Positions 18,555 through 28,357 of a stretch of 64,000 nucleotides of DNA are shown piece by piece. This DNA is from Candidatus Spongiisociaceae bacterium (GTDB taxonomy: Bacteria > Actinomycetota > Acidimicrobiia > Spongiisociales > Spongiisociaceae), in contig OZ253564.1 in NCBI GenBank assembly GCA_965262915.1, positions 4,544,001 to 4,608,000 on the forward strand, given 5' to 3'. The position numbers and the translations under genes were made by a program. Under the pieces are notes generated by a model. It was not told where the DNA came from, searched no databases, and worked only from the letters and a program-made list of their open reading frames with translations. Position 1 is the first letter of the stretch. Each line of letters opens with the position of its first letter.

Positions 18555-19937
18555 GTGAGGATAAGGCTGCTGCGACCACGTGAGTTCGCTCTGCGACTGC
18601 GTAGCGAGGCGCGCTTGCAGCCGGAGGCGGTGGAGGAGTACCTCGATTCCCACATCGCCGAGTGGGAGGCCCTCGCCGCCGCCGACCCCCACGATGCAGC
18701 CGACATACTCGAGGAGTTGGGAACCGATGCGGCAGCCGATCTGCTGGCCGAACTGGATCCGGTCCCGGCCGCCAACATCCTCGACGAGATGCGGCCCGAG
18801 ATGGGCGCCGAACTACTGGAGGATCTTGCATCCGAGCGCAGCTCCGATCTGATCGCAGCGATGGACGCCGACATGGCGGCCGACCTGGTCGGCGAGCTGG
18901 GCGAGAGGGACCGGGAGACCCTCCTGGCCAATCTCGACCCGGACATCGCCCACGAGATCCTCGCCCTCCTGCAGCACGCACCCGACTCGGCGGGTGGGCT
19001 CATGACCACCGACGTGGCGGTCCTCCAGATCGGGATAACGGCCGGCGAGGCCATCGAGCGGCTCCGCCAGCTCCACGACCAGATCGAAGACCTCTCCTAT
19101 GTCTACGTGGTCGACCACCGCCGCCACCTGATGGGTGTGGTCTCCTTCCGTGATCTCGTGTTCGCCCGGCCCGGCGTGGGTCTGGACGAGACGATGGCGC
19201 ACCGTCCGGTGGCGGTCCGCCCCGAGACCGACCGCGAGGAGGTGGCCGGGTTGGCCCAGCGCTACGGGCTCTTCGGTTTACCGGTCGTCGACCACTCCGG
19301 CGTGCTGATCGGGATGGTGGCCCACGAAGCGGTTGTCGACTCGGTGCAGGCCGAGGCATCGGAGGACTTCGCGGCGGCGATGGGCGCCGGTCCCGAGGAG
19401 ACGGTGTTCACCCCCGTCATCCGGGCAGTCCTGATGCGCCTGCCCTGGATGGTCGTCAACCTGGCGCTGGCGCTCATCGTGGCGCTGGTGATCGAGCGGC
19501 AATCCGCAGTGATTGACGAGATAGGCCCGATCCTGGCGGCGTTGATGCCGGTCGTGGCGCTGATCGGTGGCAACGCGGGGGCGCAGAGCCTGGCCGTTGT
19601 CATAAGGTCGCTCGCCCTCGACAGCGTGGCCCCCAGCCGCGTCGGCCGGGTGCTGGCCCGCCAAGTGGCGATCGGAGCCATCAACTCCATCCCGATCGGA
19701 CTGCTGGCCAGCCTGGTGGGCATGGCGTTCGGCGGCAACCTGCACTTCGGCGTGACTATGGGCACGGCGACGGTAGCCAACCTCACTATCGGAACGCTGG
19801 CCGGAACGGGCATTCCGCTGCTGCTGAGACGATTGGGTCTCGACCCGGCCCTGGCGTCGAACATCTTCCTGACCCTCGTGACCGATGTGGTCGGGTTCGG
19901 CGGGTTCCTGGTGGTGGCCACCCTGCTGCTCCGATGA
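18555..19937 (+). CDS. mgtE: Magnesium transporter MgtE
   Basis: MgtE N domain, SAGGLMT, CBS pair, GGNAGAQS, DPALAS...TDVVG. Confidence 0.95.
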   Translation: MRIRLLRPREFALRLRSEARLQPEAVEEYLDSHIAEWEALAAADPHDAADILEELGTDAAADLLAELDPVPAANILDEMRPEMGAELLEDLASERSSDLIAAMDADMAADLVGELGERDRETLLANLDPDIAHEILALLQHAPDSAGGLMTTDVAVLQIGITAGEAIERLRQLHDQIEDLSYVYVVDHRRHLMGVVSFRDLVFARPGVGLDETMAHRPVAVRPETDREEVAGLAQRYGLFGLPVVDHSGVLIGMVAHEAVVDSVQAEASEDFAAAMGAGPEETVFTPVIRAVLMRLPWMVVNLALALIVALVIERQSAVIDEIGPILAALMPVVALIGGNAGAQSLAVVIRSLALDSVAPSRVGRVLARQVAIGAINSIPIGLLASLVGMAFGGNLHFGVTMGTATVANLTIGTLAGTGIPLLLRRLGLDPALASNIFLTLVTDVVGFGGFLVVATLLLR

Positions 19938-19994
19938 TACGGGCAGGCCCGCCCGGCCATCGGTAAGGCGGGTAACGTCCCCCTCCCAGATCGT

Positions 19995-20570
19995 TCAGGA
20001 GCCGATGGTCATCCTGGGGAAGTCGGCATAGGGTCCGTAGAAGGTGACCTCCACGCCGTTCTCGACCGTGAGGAAGGTGTGCGCGTCGAGAGAGGCCTGC
20101 TGCTCGTCCGTCCGTTCCTCCTCCAGGGCGAGGTCGGCGACGGCGAGATCGTCCACCACGATGGCGGCGCTCGGCGAGTAGAGCTCCACGATGTCGTAGA
20201 CCAGGTTCTCCAGTTCCACGTTGGAGTAGGACCCCGGCTCGACCACTATCACCAGCGTCTCCCGGCCGTCTTCGATCAGACGGTGCACCACCTCGTAGTT
20301 CGGCAGCCCGGACTCCTCCGCACCGGTGGGCGCCGTCGTGGTGGTCGAGCCGGCTTCGCCGGACGGAGTGGTGACGACCGTCGTCGGGGTCTCGTCAGTG
20401 GCGGCGGCGGTTCCGGTGTTCTCCCCCTCAACTGGGGCGGTCGAGCCGGTGGTAACCGACCCGGCGGTGGGCGTCACGCTGGTATCGGACACCTCGTCCT
20501 TGTCGCGGTTGCAGGCTGCAAGCACGAGGACAACCACGACCAAGAGTCCTACGAGTCGCTCGAACCTCAT
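19995..20570 (-). CDS. Hypothetical lipoprotein with Thr-rich linker
   Basis: Lipobox LAAC; Thr/Pro-rich stalk; acidic globular C-terminus. Confidence 0.8.
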   Translation of the reverse strand: MRFERLVGLLVVVVLVLAACNRDKDEVSDTSVTPTAGSVTTGSTAPVEGENTGTAAATDETPTTVVTTPSGEAGSTTTTAPTGAEESGLPNYEVVHRLIEDGRETLVIVVEPGSYSNVELENLVYDIVELYSPSAAIVVDDLAVADLALEEERTDEQQASLDAHTFLTVENGVEVTFYGPYADFPRMTIGS

Positions 20571-20716
20571 CACTACCCCTTCTCAGCCGACCCTGCCAAG
20601 CAGGTTACCGCCACCGTACCGACTATCGGCGCATACCGAGCACCGCTCCGCCTACGGCCCAACTCCCTGAACGTCTTCCGGGCTCGGTTCCCGACCCCGC
20701 CTGCTACCGTCGGATC

Positions 20717-20782
20717 AAGTTACAGCTCCAGCCGCTTCGGTGGCTGTGTGTCGGGCCCGTCCCGCAAGGGACGGGCCCTTGA
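20717..20782 (+). ncRNA. Candidate small structured RNA convergent with the NYN gene
   Basis: Extended -10 TGcTACCGT (20702-20710); hairpin 20729-20746 with cUUCGg loop; 11-bp perfect hairpin 20753-20778 with GCAA loop. Confidence 0.5.
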
Positions 20783-20793
20783 CCGTTGGCGAT

Positions 20794-21453
20794 TTATTGC
20801 CAGGAGACAGGTCGGCTGAAAGTACCCAGCGGGTCTGTCAACTCTTCCGGGAATTGTGATTGCTCGATTGCTGCTTCACGGATCGTTCGGTGAGCGGTTG
20901 CCTGCAGATGACCGGCCTTCGCTCCTCGTCTGTCAGGGCTGATGATCGTGACCGGTATCCGCGCCCTCCCCTCTACGACTCGGATGGCTCCGCGCAGATC
21001 AGAATCGTTCGATATAATCGCGGCCTTCTCACAGTTTCCCCGTGACGTATCCCAAACTAATTGCGACGCCAAGTTGACATCGGTCTGCTTCTCTTGGTGC
21101 TCGATCACCCTCACCCGCGTCGTCCTATCGTTGGCGAGGTACCTCCATTTCTTTTGTGTCTGCATGGTGCCGTAATGAATGGTCAGGAGCGGCTCGAGCG
21201 TTCGCAGAGCGCGTAGGTAGACATCCTGGCGCTGTGCGGCGCGAGGGTTGTCAGGGGTATCTTTTACGCGGGCCGTGAAGTACTTGATAGCCACGATCCT
21301 GTCACCCGGAAGCAGCCGACGGCACAGCTTCTCGATATCAAGCCACTTGTGGGAAGTGCCCTTGAGGGCTCCGTAGTACAGGTTGAGGCCATCTATATAG
21401 ACGATCGTGTGCCTGCCGGCAATGCCCGCCTGTGATATGTGTCTTCGAGTCAC
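20794..21453 (-). CDS. NYN-domain (LabA/DUF88, PIN-like) ribonuclease
   Basis: VYIDGLNLYYG, IKYFTA, EKQTDVNLA, ISNDSDL acidic catalytic motifs; visibly lower GC; start codon uncertain. Confidence 0.9.
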   Translation of the reverse strand: MTRRHISQAGIAGRHTIVYIDGLNLYYGALKGTSHKWLDIEKLCRRLLPGDRIVAIKYFTARVKDTPDNPRAAQRQDVYLRALRTLEPLLTIHYGTMQTQKKWRYLANDRTTRVRVIEHQEKQTDVNLASQLVWDTSRGNCEKAAIISNDSDLRGAIRVVEGRARIPVTIISPDRRGAKAGHLQATAHRTIREAAIEQSQFPEELTDPLGTFSRPVSWQ

Positions 21454-21758
21454 GTGAGGTCGGCAATCCTCGAACTATCGTATGAGAGGCAATGCCCGCG
21501 CAGCGACACGAGGCAGTTCCAACCGGCAGGCAGTATAGGGGGTGGTCGCCCGCTGTGGAGTGAACCGGATCCGTTACGGCGCAGGGGGGCGGGTTCATGG
21601 GAGAGCGTCGTCGGGCTCGCCCATGCGGGCTTATGGCGGATGTCGACAGCGACCCCTACCCGGTTCGAGATCGGATCCTGTCGCGTGGGGCGGGCGGCGC
21701 TGGGGATGGGCGGTGGTCACCGGTTCTGGTCAGGGTGGGGCTCGGTGGGCGGGTAAGG

Positions 21759-21926
21759 TCAGGGCGCGGAGTGTGGCGAGCATGTGAGGATCGGGGGGCG
21801 GCGGTTGGTGACCGCATTCTGTCCGGGATGGAGGAGTCGTATTCGGCGGGGTGGGGATTGGGGGTCGATGCACATGCCCCGGCGGCGTACGGCCACATGA
21901 TGGTGCCGCCAGCACAGGATGGTGAG
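21759..21926 (-). pseudogene. C-terminal remnant of an HNH endonuclease (DUF222-type)
   Basis: Translation LTILCWRHHHVAVRRRGMCIDPQSPPRRIRLLHP resembles the second half of an HNH motif (LxxLCxxHH); no start or N-terminus. Confidence 0.55.
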
Positions 21927-21970
21927 GAAAGAGGACTCTGAGGACCGGCCACAGCCGCGCTGCTGCCATA

Positions 21971-23533
21971 TTGGCAGCGACGCTTGTCATGACCGCCTGC
22001 GCCAGTGGTACAAATGCTCCGCTCGATCCTTCCGGGCAACCCTTCGAGATCGAGATACGTGAGGTCTCATGGGAGGGTCGGGTACTAGGCCTCATAGACA
22101 CGGCCCCGGCTTCGACCGACACTTCAGGGCGCTGCGTTGCGCTACTGGGTGAAATCCGGCCCACCTCCCTCCCCGGTGTCGTATCGAGCGGGATCCACGC
22201 ACCGAGCATCGGGCTCTCGGCGGGAGACATCCGGCTCAACGAGGCACGACCCGGTAGCTGCGACACCGGAGATCTCAAGGCGGCGGGATACGGTGCGATC
22301 CGCGACGCGCGGGTCACTGTCGGGACCTCCTATCCCTTCTATCGTATGTTCTACCTACCTGCCGGAACAGCCGGGGTGGGAAGAACCCTCGTTGCAAGTG
22401 TCGCCGATCCGACACAACTGCGGGGCTACGCCGCGGAGGGCTTCGAGCCAATGCTCCTCGACTCCATCCCCGACCCGGGACCTTCGGCACCGGTTCCGAT
22501 CGAGGAGACTCACGCACTTCTACCGGTTGGCGCCGGGTTCGCCTATCCGGAGGGCCGGACACCGTGGGAAGGAACGATCCTGGGTCTGATCCATACCGAC
22601 CTGGTCCCCATTCCGCAGCCGTTCGCAGCAGGAGCGGATAATGTTGAACCCGGACACTGCGCTCTGATACTCGGAAGGCTCAGCCTTGCCGGGAGAAGCG
22701 AAGAATCGCCGGGTCGAAGTCCGGCAATGCCGCGGTTCGGCCTGATCGTCGAAGGAAAGCTCCTACAGGGTGGCGGCAAGCTGTACCGCTGCGATGTCAC
22801 CGAGCCGGCCTTCGGGGGTTTCAGACCGCTGGGCAGATTCGCCACCGATGCGGCCGGTGACCCCTACCGGTTCTATCAGGAGGTCTTCGTTCCCGGAGAC
22901 GAGCCACGCGCTCCGGAAGCGGTTGCAGTCAGGTACCCATGGAGCAAGAACCAGTGGTTTCTCTTCGAGCCGACCGTTCTTCCGCGGGTCCCGGAATCAC
23001 CGATGGGCGCTCTCCCTCTCCCCGCTTACCCTACGATCCTCCCGGTGGGTGACCCGGCGCGGTCGACCTTCCGTAACGGCTTCGCAGTGCCCGAGGAAAC
23101 GAGTTCCGGAACCACGATCAACCGCGTGGAGTGGGAAGGCCTGATTCTGGGCCTCGTCCATATACCTGGTAATCCGGAGACCGGCGATACCCGCCGCTGC
23201 CTAGCCATGTTAGGCACCTTGACGCTCACCCGGTTCGAGGGATTCGACCTGCCCGAGCCACCGCTACGGCCCGACATCGGATTGATGATCGACGGCAAGC
23301 GCACGGAGCCTTCCTCCGTCGAGAGATGTGACACCTCCGCACTCGAGAAGGCCGGCTATGCGTGGTTCGGGGCTACAGGCACTCCGGTAGGCGCCGCTAC
23401 CGGCTTCTACGAGATATTCGCTCTCACCCCGGATCAACCGGGCGGTATCCAAGCAGTCGTGGCCAGCACCGCCTGGTTCTATGGCTTTCGTTTCTTCGAG
23501 CCGACGATTCTCGATACCATCCCCACTCCTTGA
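21971..23533 (+). CDS. Lipoprotein with three tandem copies of an unrecognised two-Cys domain
   Basis: Lipobox MTAC; three repeats of WEGxxLGL...C...CD...FY...FEP; alternative CTG start at 21938. Confidence 0.8.
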   Translation: MAATLVMTACASGTNAPLDPSGQPFEIEIREVSWEGRVLGLIDTAPASTDTSGRCVALLGEIRPTSLPGVVSSGIHAPSIGLSAGDIRLNEARPGSCDTGDLKAAGYGAIRDARVTVGTSYPFYRMFYLPAGTAGVGRTLVASVADPTQLRGYAAEGFEPMLLDSIPDPGPSAPVPIEETHALLPVGAGFAYPEGRTPWEGTILGLIHTDLVPIPQPFAAGADNVEPGHCALILGRLSLAGRSEESPGRSPAMPRFGLIVEGKLLQGGGKLYRCDVTEPAFGGFRPLGRFATDAAGDPYRFYQEVFVPGDEPRAPEAVAVRYPWSKNQWFLFEPTVLPRVPESPMGALPLPAYPTILPVGDPARSTFRNGFAVPEETSSGTTINRVEWEGLILGLVHIPGNPETGDTRRCLAMLGTLTLTRFEGFDLPEPPLRPDIGLMIDGKRTEPSSVERCDTSALEKAGYAWFGATGTPVGAATGFYEIFALTPDQPGGIQAVVASTAWFYGFRFFEPTILDTIPTP

Positions 23534-23620
23534 GGCGTAGGCGGCTGTACAGGCGGGCCAACCCAACCCGGTCCTCCATCTCGCTATCGTTGGTCCCACT
23601 GCCTTAGGAGAGGGGATGCG

Positions 23621-24457
23621 ATGCCCAGATGTCTAACGGAGGAGCAGACAACCCAGTATCGGCGCGACGGATACGTCTTCCCGATCCGGGTGATGGACGA
23701 GGAGCGGGCGGAGAGCTACCGACGGCAACTCGAAGGGTTCGAAGCCGAGCAGGGTGCGCCCGTGTCCGGCGCCCTTCGCAACAAGTCCCACCTCCTGTTC
23801 CTGTGGGTGGACGAGGTGATGCGCCACGAAGCGATACTGGACACCGTGCAGGACCTGATCGGGGAGGACATCCTCTGCTGGAACACCCTGTTCTGGATCA
23901 AAGAGCCCCAGACGGACGCGTACGTATCCTGGCACCAGGATCTGAACTACTGGGGGCTGGAGACCGACGACCTGATCACGGTCTGGCTGGCGCTTTCACC
24001 GGCCACCCCGGAGAGCGGCTGCATGAGCGTGCTTCCCGGAAGCCACAAGGGCGAGTTCATGCCCCACGACGACATGTATCGGGACAACAACATGCTCACC
24101 CGGGGCCAGGAGATCACGGTGGAGGTCGAAGAGTCCAAAACCGTCGCCATGGCACTGCGACCGGGGGAGGTCTCGATGCACAACGGTCGCCTGGCTCACT
24201 CCTCTCCACCCAACACCTCCGATGATCGCCGTATCGGGATCTCGTTCCACTACATGCCGACCCGGACCCGCCAGATCATCGGGGACTGGGACAGCGCGGC
24301 ACTGGTGCGCGGTGGGGACGCCTACGGCCACTTCACCCACACGCCCCGGCCGACCAGGGACTTCGACCCGGCCACCGTGGCGTTCCACAGCAAGGCGTCC
24401 GACGCGGTCCGCGAGATACTCTTCCACGGCGCGGCAAAGGTGCGCCAGACTCTCTGA
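23621..24457 (+). CDS. Phytanoyl-CoA dioxygenase (PhyH) family Fe(II)/2-oxoglutarate oxygenase
   Basis: DGY, WHQD, VLPGSH, H...HSSPPNTSDDRR. Confidence 0.92.
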   Translation: MPRCLTEEQTTQYRRDGYVFPIRVMDEERAESYRRQLEGFEAEQGAPVSGALRNKSHLLFLWVDEVMRHEAILDTVQDLIGEDILCWNTLFWIKEPQTDAYVSWHQDLNYWGLETDDLITVWLALSPATPESGCMSVLPGSHKGEFMPHDDMYRDNNMLTRGQEITVEVEESKTVAMALRPGEVSMHNGRLAHSSPPNTSDDRRIGISFHYMPTRTRQIIGDWDSAALVRGGDAYGHFTHTPRPTRDFDPATVAFHSKASDAVREILFHGAAKVRQTL

Positions 24458-24463
24458 GCGATC

Positions 24464-24509
24464 CGTTTACTGCTCCCGGTGGCAGGCCGGCCACCGGGAG
24501 CGGTAAACG
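24464..24509. terminator. 20-bp stem hairpin between convergent genes, probable bidirectional terminator
   Basis: CGTTTACTGCTCCCGGTGGC-AGGCCG-GCCACCGGGAGCGGTAAACG, one G-U pair. Confidence 0.7.
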
Positions 24510-24542
24510 CCTGGAAAGGCGAAATCGCGTCGGCAGAACTCC

Positions 24543-25355
24543 TCAACCGCGGATGAGGTCTTCCACGGTCGCCCGGTAGATGCCGGCGAGCAGGGCGGTC
24601 ACGGGGCCGGGCTCGAAGCGTCGCTCTCCCACCGCCACCACCGGCCGGACCTCCTTGACGGAGGAGAGTACGGCTACCTCGTCGGCCTTCGCCAGGCGTG
24701 ATAGGGCATAGCGGCCCTCGCGCACTTCGAGACCGTGTTCCCGAGCGTGGGACAGGGCTATCCGGAGGGTCACCGAGTCGAGGATGCCCAGGTCGAGGGA
24801 GGCGGTCTCGATTACACCACCAACCAGCCACAGAATTGCCGAGGTGGGACCTTCCAGGATGATGCCCTCCCGGGACACGAGTAGCGCATCATCGAAACCA
24901 GCCGATTCGGCTGTGCGCGTGGCCGCCATGTTCGGTGCGTACGAGAGGGTCTTGACACCGGCCAACTCCCATGATTCTCCCCCCGGATGCCACGGGGCGG
25001 CTACCTCCAGAAGCCGGAATCGGGATTTGAGGTCGGGTAGCGGGTTGGACAGCACGTAGACGCTGGGGCCTTCGCCGCCATCCGAGGCGAAGATGCGGAT
25101 CACGCCGTCCCCCTGCTCGCCGGCCACCTGCCGCGCCCATTCGCCTATGTACGGGATGGGTGGAAGCGAGATCCCCATAGCGGACGCAGACCGGGCCAGC
25201 CGCGCCAGGTGCTCCGCCAGTCCGAAGAGCCGGCCCCCGTAGGAACGGAGGGCCTCGAAACAACCCTCGCCGCGTGCCACCATCGGATCGAAGATGGAGA
25301 CGGACGGGGCGACCGCCCTTCCGTTGCGGAGCACGCGCGCCCTTCTCTCAGCCAC
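24543..25355 (-). CDS. Aminotransferase class IV (PabC/IlvE-like)
   Basis: GEGCFEALR, EHLARL, VKTLSY (PLP Lys), LEGPTS, GILDSVT. Confidence 0.9.
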   Translation of the reverse strand: MAERRARVLRNGRAVAPSVSIFDPMVARGEGCFEALRSYGGRLFGLAEHLARLARSASAMGISLPPIPYIGEWARQVAGEQGDGVIRIFASDGGEGPSVYVLSNPLPDLKSRFRLLEVAAPWHPGGESWELAGVKTLSYAPNMAATRTAESAGFDDALLVSREGIILEGPTSAILWLVGGVIETASLDLGILDSVTLRIALSHAREHGLEVREGRYALSRLAKADEVAVLSSVKEVRPVVAVGERRFEPGPVTALLAGIYRATVEDLIRG

Positions 25356-27060
25356 GGCGCCACCCGTTGGTGATGGGGAGACGACGATCCCGCCCGAAGG
25401 CCTTGGCGGTGATCTTGACTCCCGGCGGGGCCTGGCGACGCTTGTACTCGTTGCGATCTACCATGGCCGCCACCCTCGTCACCAGCCCCCGGTCGTATCC
25501 GGAGGCGACGATGTCGTCGACCGAACGGTCCTCTTCGATGTAAGCCGACAGCACCGGATCGAGGAGTTCGTAGGGCGGGAGACTGTCGGTATCGAGCTGT
25601 CCCGGCCTCAACTCGGCCGATGGTGGTTTGCGAAGGATCTCTTGAGGTATCACGGCTCCCCGGCGATTGCGCCACCTGGCCAACTCGTACACTCTGGTCT
25701 TGAACACGTCTTTCAGCACGGCATACCCGCCGGCCATGTCCCCGTACAAGGTAGCGTACCCGACGGCCATCTCCGACTTGTTGCCGGTAGCCATCACCAT
25801 CTCCCCTCCCTTGTTCGAGATGGCCATGAGGAGCGTCCCGCGGATCCGGGGCTGGAGGTTCTCCTCGGCTACGCCGAAGTCCGTCCCCACGAACATGCTG
25901 GCGAGTGCCGCCTCGTATTCCGCGAAGAGGTCGACGATGGCTATCCGGTCGAAGCGGATAGCCAGCCGCCGGGCCAGCTCCTCGGAATCCCGCACCGAGC
26001 CGTCCGAGCTGAACTTGGAGGGCATCGTCACGCCCCGAACCGCCCCGGATCCCAAGGCGTCGGCTGCGATCACGGCCGTGAGGGCGGAGTCGATACCCCC
26101 CGACAACCCCACCACCACCCTTGAGAAGCCGTTCTTGCGTACGTAGTCACCCAAGCCGAGGGTGAGAGCCCGGTAGATCTCCTCGACACGATCCATGGCC
26201 GGGGTCGGCGGCGGGGACAGGTTCGCGGACGGCCTGGCCAAGGGCTCGGTACGAACCACCGCCGGGTCCGTGGCACGTCGGGCCGCCTCACCCGGCTCGA
26301 CATCGACGACGAAGAGGGACTCCTCGAAGGAGGGCGCCCGGTACTGGAGCGACCCGTGGCGATCCACCACCATCGAGCCGCCGTCGAAGACCAGTTCGTC
26401 CTGGCCACCCACCAGGTTGAGGTATACGACCGGCACGCGGGAGGCGGCAGCCTCTCGCTGGATGTGGCGCGCCCGCTGGGCTTCTTTGGAAATCTGGAAC
26501 GGGGAACCGTTGACGTTGAGCAGGACCTGCGCCCCCTCCGCCGCCTGCCGGGAAGCCGGACCGTCGGGTACCCAGATGTCCTCGCAGATCGACACGCCCA
26601 CGGTCACCCCACCGATGTCCCAGACCGACCCGGGACTCGAACCCGCCGCGAAGTAGCGGTCCTCGTCGAACACCCCGTAGTTGGGCAGCAGCACCTTGTG
26701 GTATGTCCCCCTGACACGGCCCCGGTGGAGCAGCGCCACCGCGTTCGCCACATGCCGCGACATCGCGTCCGCCTTTCCAGGGCGGCTTCCGTCCGATCGA
26801 TCCACGAAGCCGACCACCGTCACGGTGTCCCCCGACTCGCCGGCCAGGCGCTTCAGGACCGCCAGATTGGCGTCGACGAACCCTCGGCGCATCACCAGAT
26901 CCTCGGGCGGGTATCCCGGAATGGCCAGTTCGGGGAGGAGCAGGACGTCGGCATCCCGCGATTCCGCCCACCTCATCGCCTCGAGGAGGCGCGCCTCGTT
27001 GTAGTCGAGATCACCGACCCGCAGGTTTATCTGGGCGCCGGCGATCCTCATCGTCCCCAT
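25348..27060 (-). CDS. nadE: Glutamine-dependent NAD+ synthetase
   Basis: Nitrilase domain (PEL, ICEDIW), GLSGGIDS, TGNKSE, PPSAELRPGQ, EYKRRQ. Confidence 0.97.
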   Translation of the reverse strand: MGTMRIAGAQINLRVGDLDYNEARLLEAMRWAESRDADVLLLPELAIPGYPPEDLVMRRGFVDANLAVLKRLAGESGDTVTVVGFVDRSDGSRPGKADAMSRHVANAVALLHRGRVRGTYHKVLLPNYGVFDEDRYFAAGSSPGSVWDIGGVTVGVSICEDIWVPDGPASRQAAEGAQVLLNVNGSPFQISKEAQRARHIQREAAASRVPVVYLNLVGGQDELVFDGGSMVVDRHGSLQYRAPSFEESLFVVDVEPGEAARRATDPAVVRTEPLARPSANLSPPPTPAMDRVEEIYRALTLGLGDYVRKNGFSRVVVGLSGGIDSALTAVIAADALGSGAVRGVTMPSKFSSDGSVRDSEELARRLAIRFDRIAIVDLFAEYEAALASMFVGTDFGVAEENLQPRIRGTLLMAISNKGGEMVMATGNKSEMAVGYATLYGDMAGGYAVLKDVFKTRVYELARWRNRRGAVIPQEILRKPPSAELRPGQLDTDSLPPYELLDPVLSAYIEEDRSVDDIVASGYDRGLVTRVAAMVDRNEYKRRQAPPGVKITAKAFGRDRRLPITNGWRRG

Positions 27061-27239
27061 CCGGAGAAGTCTAGGAGGGTGCTGAGAATCCCCGGGCCGC
27101 CCGACCGTCGATGACGAGAGGCCACGTCAGCGGACACTGCGCAAACCATTTACCCGTTCTCGAGCACTCTTCCGGAAAGGCCCGGCGACATCGTCGGGGT
27201 CCGGAATGTTCCCCGGTCGTCGTGGGGAAAGCGGGACAA

Positions 27240-28256
27240 TTACTCGAGTGTGAAGCCCTCGGCTCTCAACGACTCGCGAAGCGCTTCCGCCTCACCAGGC
27301 CGTACCGAGAGGGTGAGCACACCGCCGCCGCCGTGCAGAGCATGACGCAACTGCAGGTCGCGCACGTCGACCGCGCTCTGCTCCAAGGCCCGTCCTACGG
27401 CGGCGATCTCGCCCGGCCGGTCCTGGAGCACCACGCCGACCCGGACCTCCGGGGACGCCATTCCCTGCCGCCGGATCCGGGCCGACTCGATTCGGGTGGC
27501 CAGGGAATCGCGATCGGTGCGTATCTCGTTCCTGGTCTCTTCGAGCTGGTCGATCATCCCGGCTATCGCCTCGCTCACGTTGGTCTCGTTGGCAGCCAGC
27601 AACTCGGGCCACCATCCGGGCTCTGAAGCGGCCACCCGGGTGAGATCCCGGAACGATCCCGCCACCAGCTGCATGGCCCCGGGATCACGAGATGCGAGGT
27701 TCACCAGCGAGACCGCTATCACCTGGGGCAGGTGGGAGATGGCGGCCACGACGCGGTCGTGCTCGGCCGCAGGCATGGTGTAGGGAATGGCGCCGATATC
27801 CTCGACGATCCCCGCGAGTATCTCCACATCGTCCACCGCGGCGCCGTCCGGGCAGATTATCCAGGCGGCTCCCCTGAACATGGCAGGCGTTGCAGCGGAC
27901 GGTCCGGCCTGCTCCCGGCCCGCCATCGGGTGGCCGGCCACCAGCCGCAGGTGGGCAGGCTTCGCTCTGACCACGGGAACCTTCACACCGGCCACATCGG
28001 TAACCAGCGCATCGGTCCGCAGCCCGGCGAGAGTCTCCAAGGTGGCGCTCAACGGACCGGCCAGCACCACCAATCCAGCGCCGGAGACAGCATCTTCACG
28101 AGTCGCGCAGGAGAGGTCGGTAGCTCCCCGCGCGGCCGCGCCTTCCTGGGCCGACCGGTCGGGGTCCCACCCGGCCACCGTCCAGCCTGCTTGCCGAAGA
28201 GCCATCCCGAGAGAGGCGCCGATCAGCCCGGTACCGAGTATGGCGGCGCGACCCAT
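27240..28256 (-). CDS. tyrA: Prephenate dehydrogenase with C-terminal ACT domain
   Basis: GTGLIG, TDVAGVK, GHPMAG, HDRVVAAISHLP, DRPG ACT motif. Confidence 0.93.
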   Translation of the reverse strand: MGRAAILGTGLIGASLGMALRQAGWTVAGWDPDRSAQEGAAARGATDLSCATREDAVSGAGLVVLAGPLSATLETLAGLRTDALVTDVAGVKVPVVRAKPAHLRLVAGHPMAGREQAGPSAATPAMFRGAAWIICPDGAAVDDVEILAGIVEDIGAIPYTMPAAEHDRVVAAISHLPQVIAVSLVNLASRDPGAMQLVAGSFRDLTRVAASEPGWWPELLAANETNVSEAIAGMIDQLEETRNEIRTDRDSLATRIESARIRRQGMASPEVRVGVVLQDRPGEIAAVGRALEQSAVDVRDLQLRHALHGGGGVLTLSVRPGEAEALRESLRAEGFTLE

Positions 28257-28357
28257 GGGCAGTCAGGAACCGGAGCGGCGCGGGCCGGCGACCCGAGACG
28301 CGCCCAGGACCTCCCTACCGGCCGGGAAACCGACTGCCATGCCTGGCGCCTCCCCCT

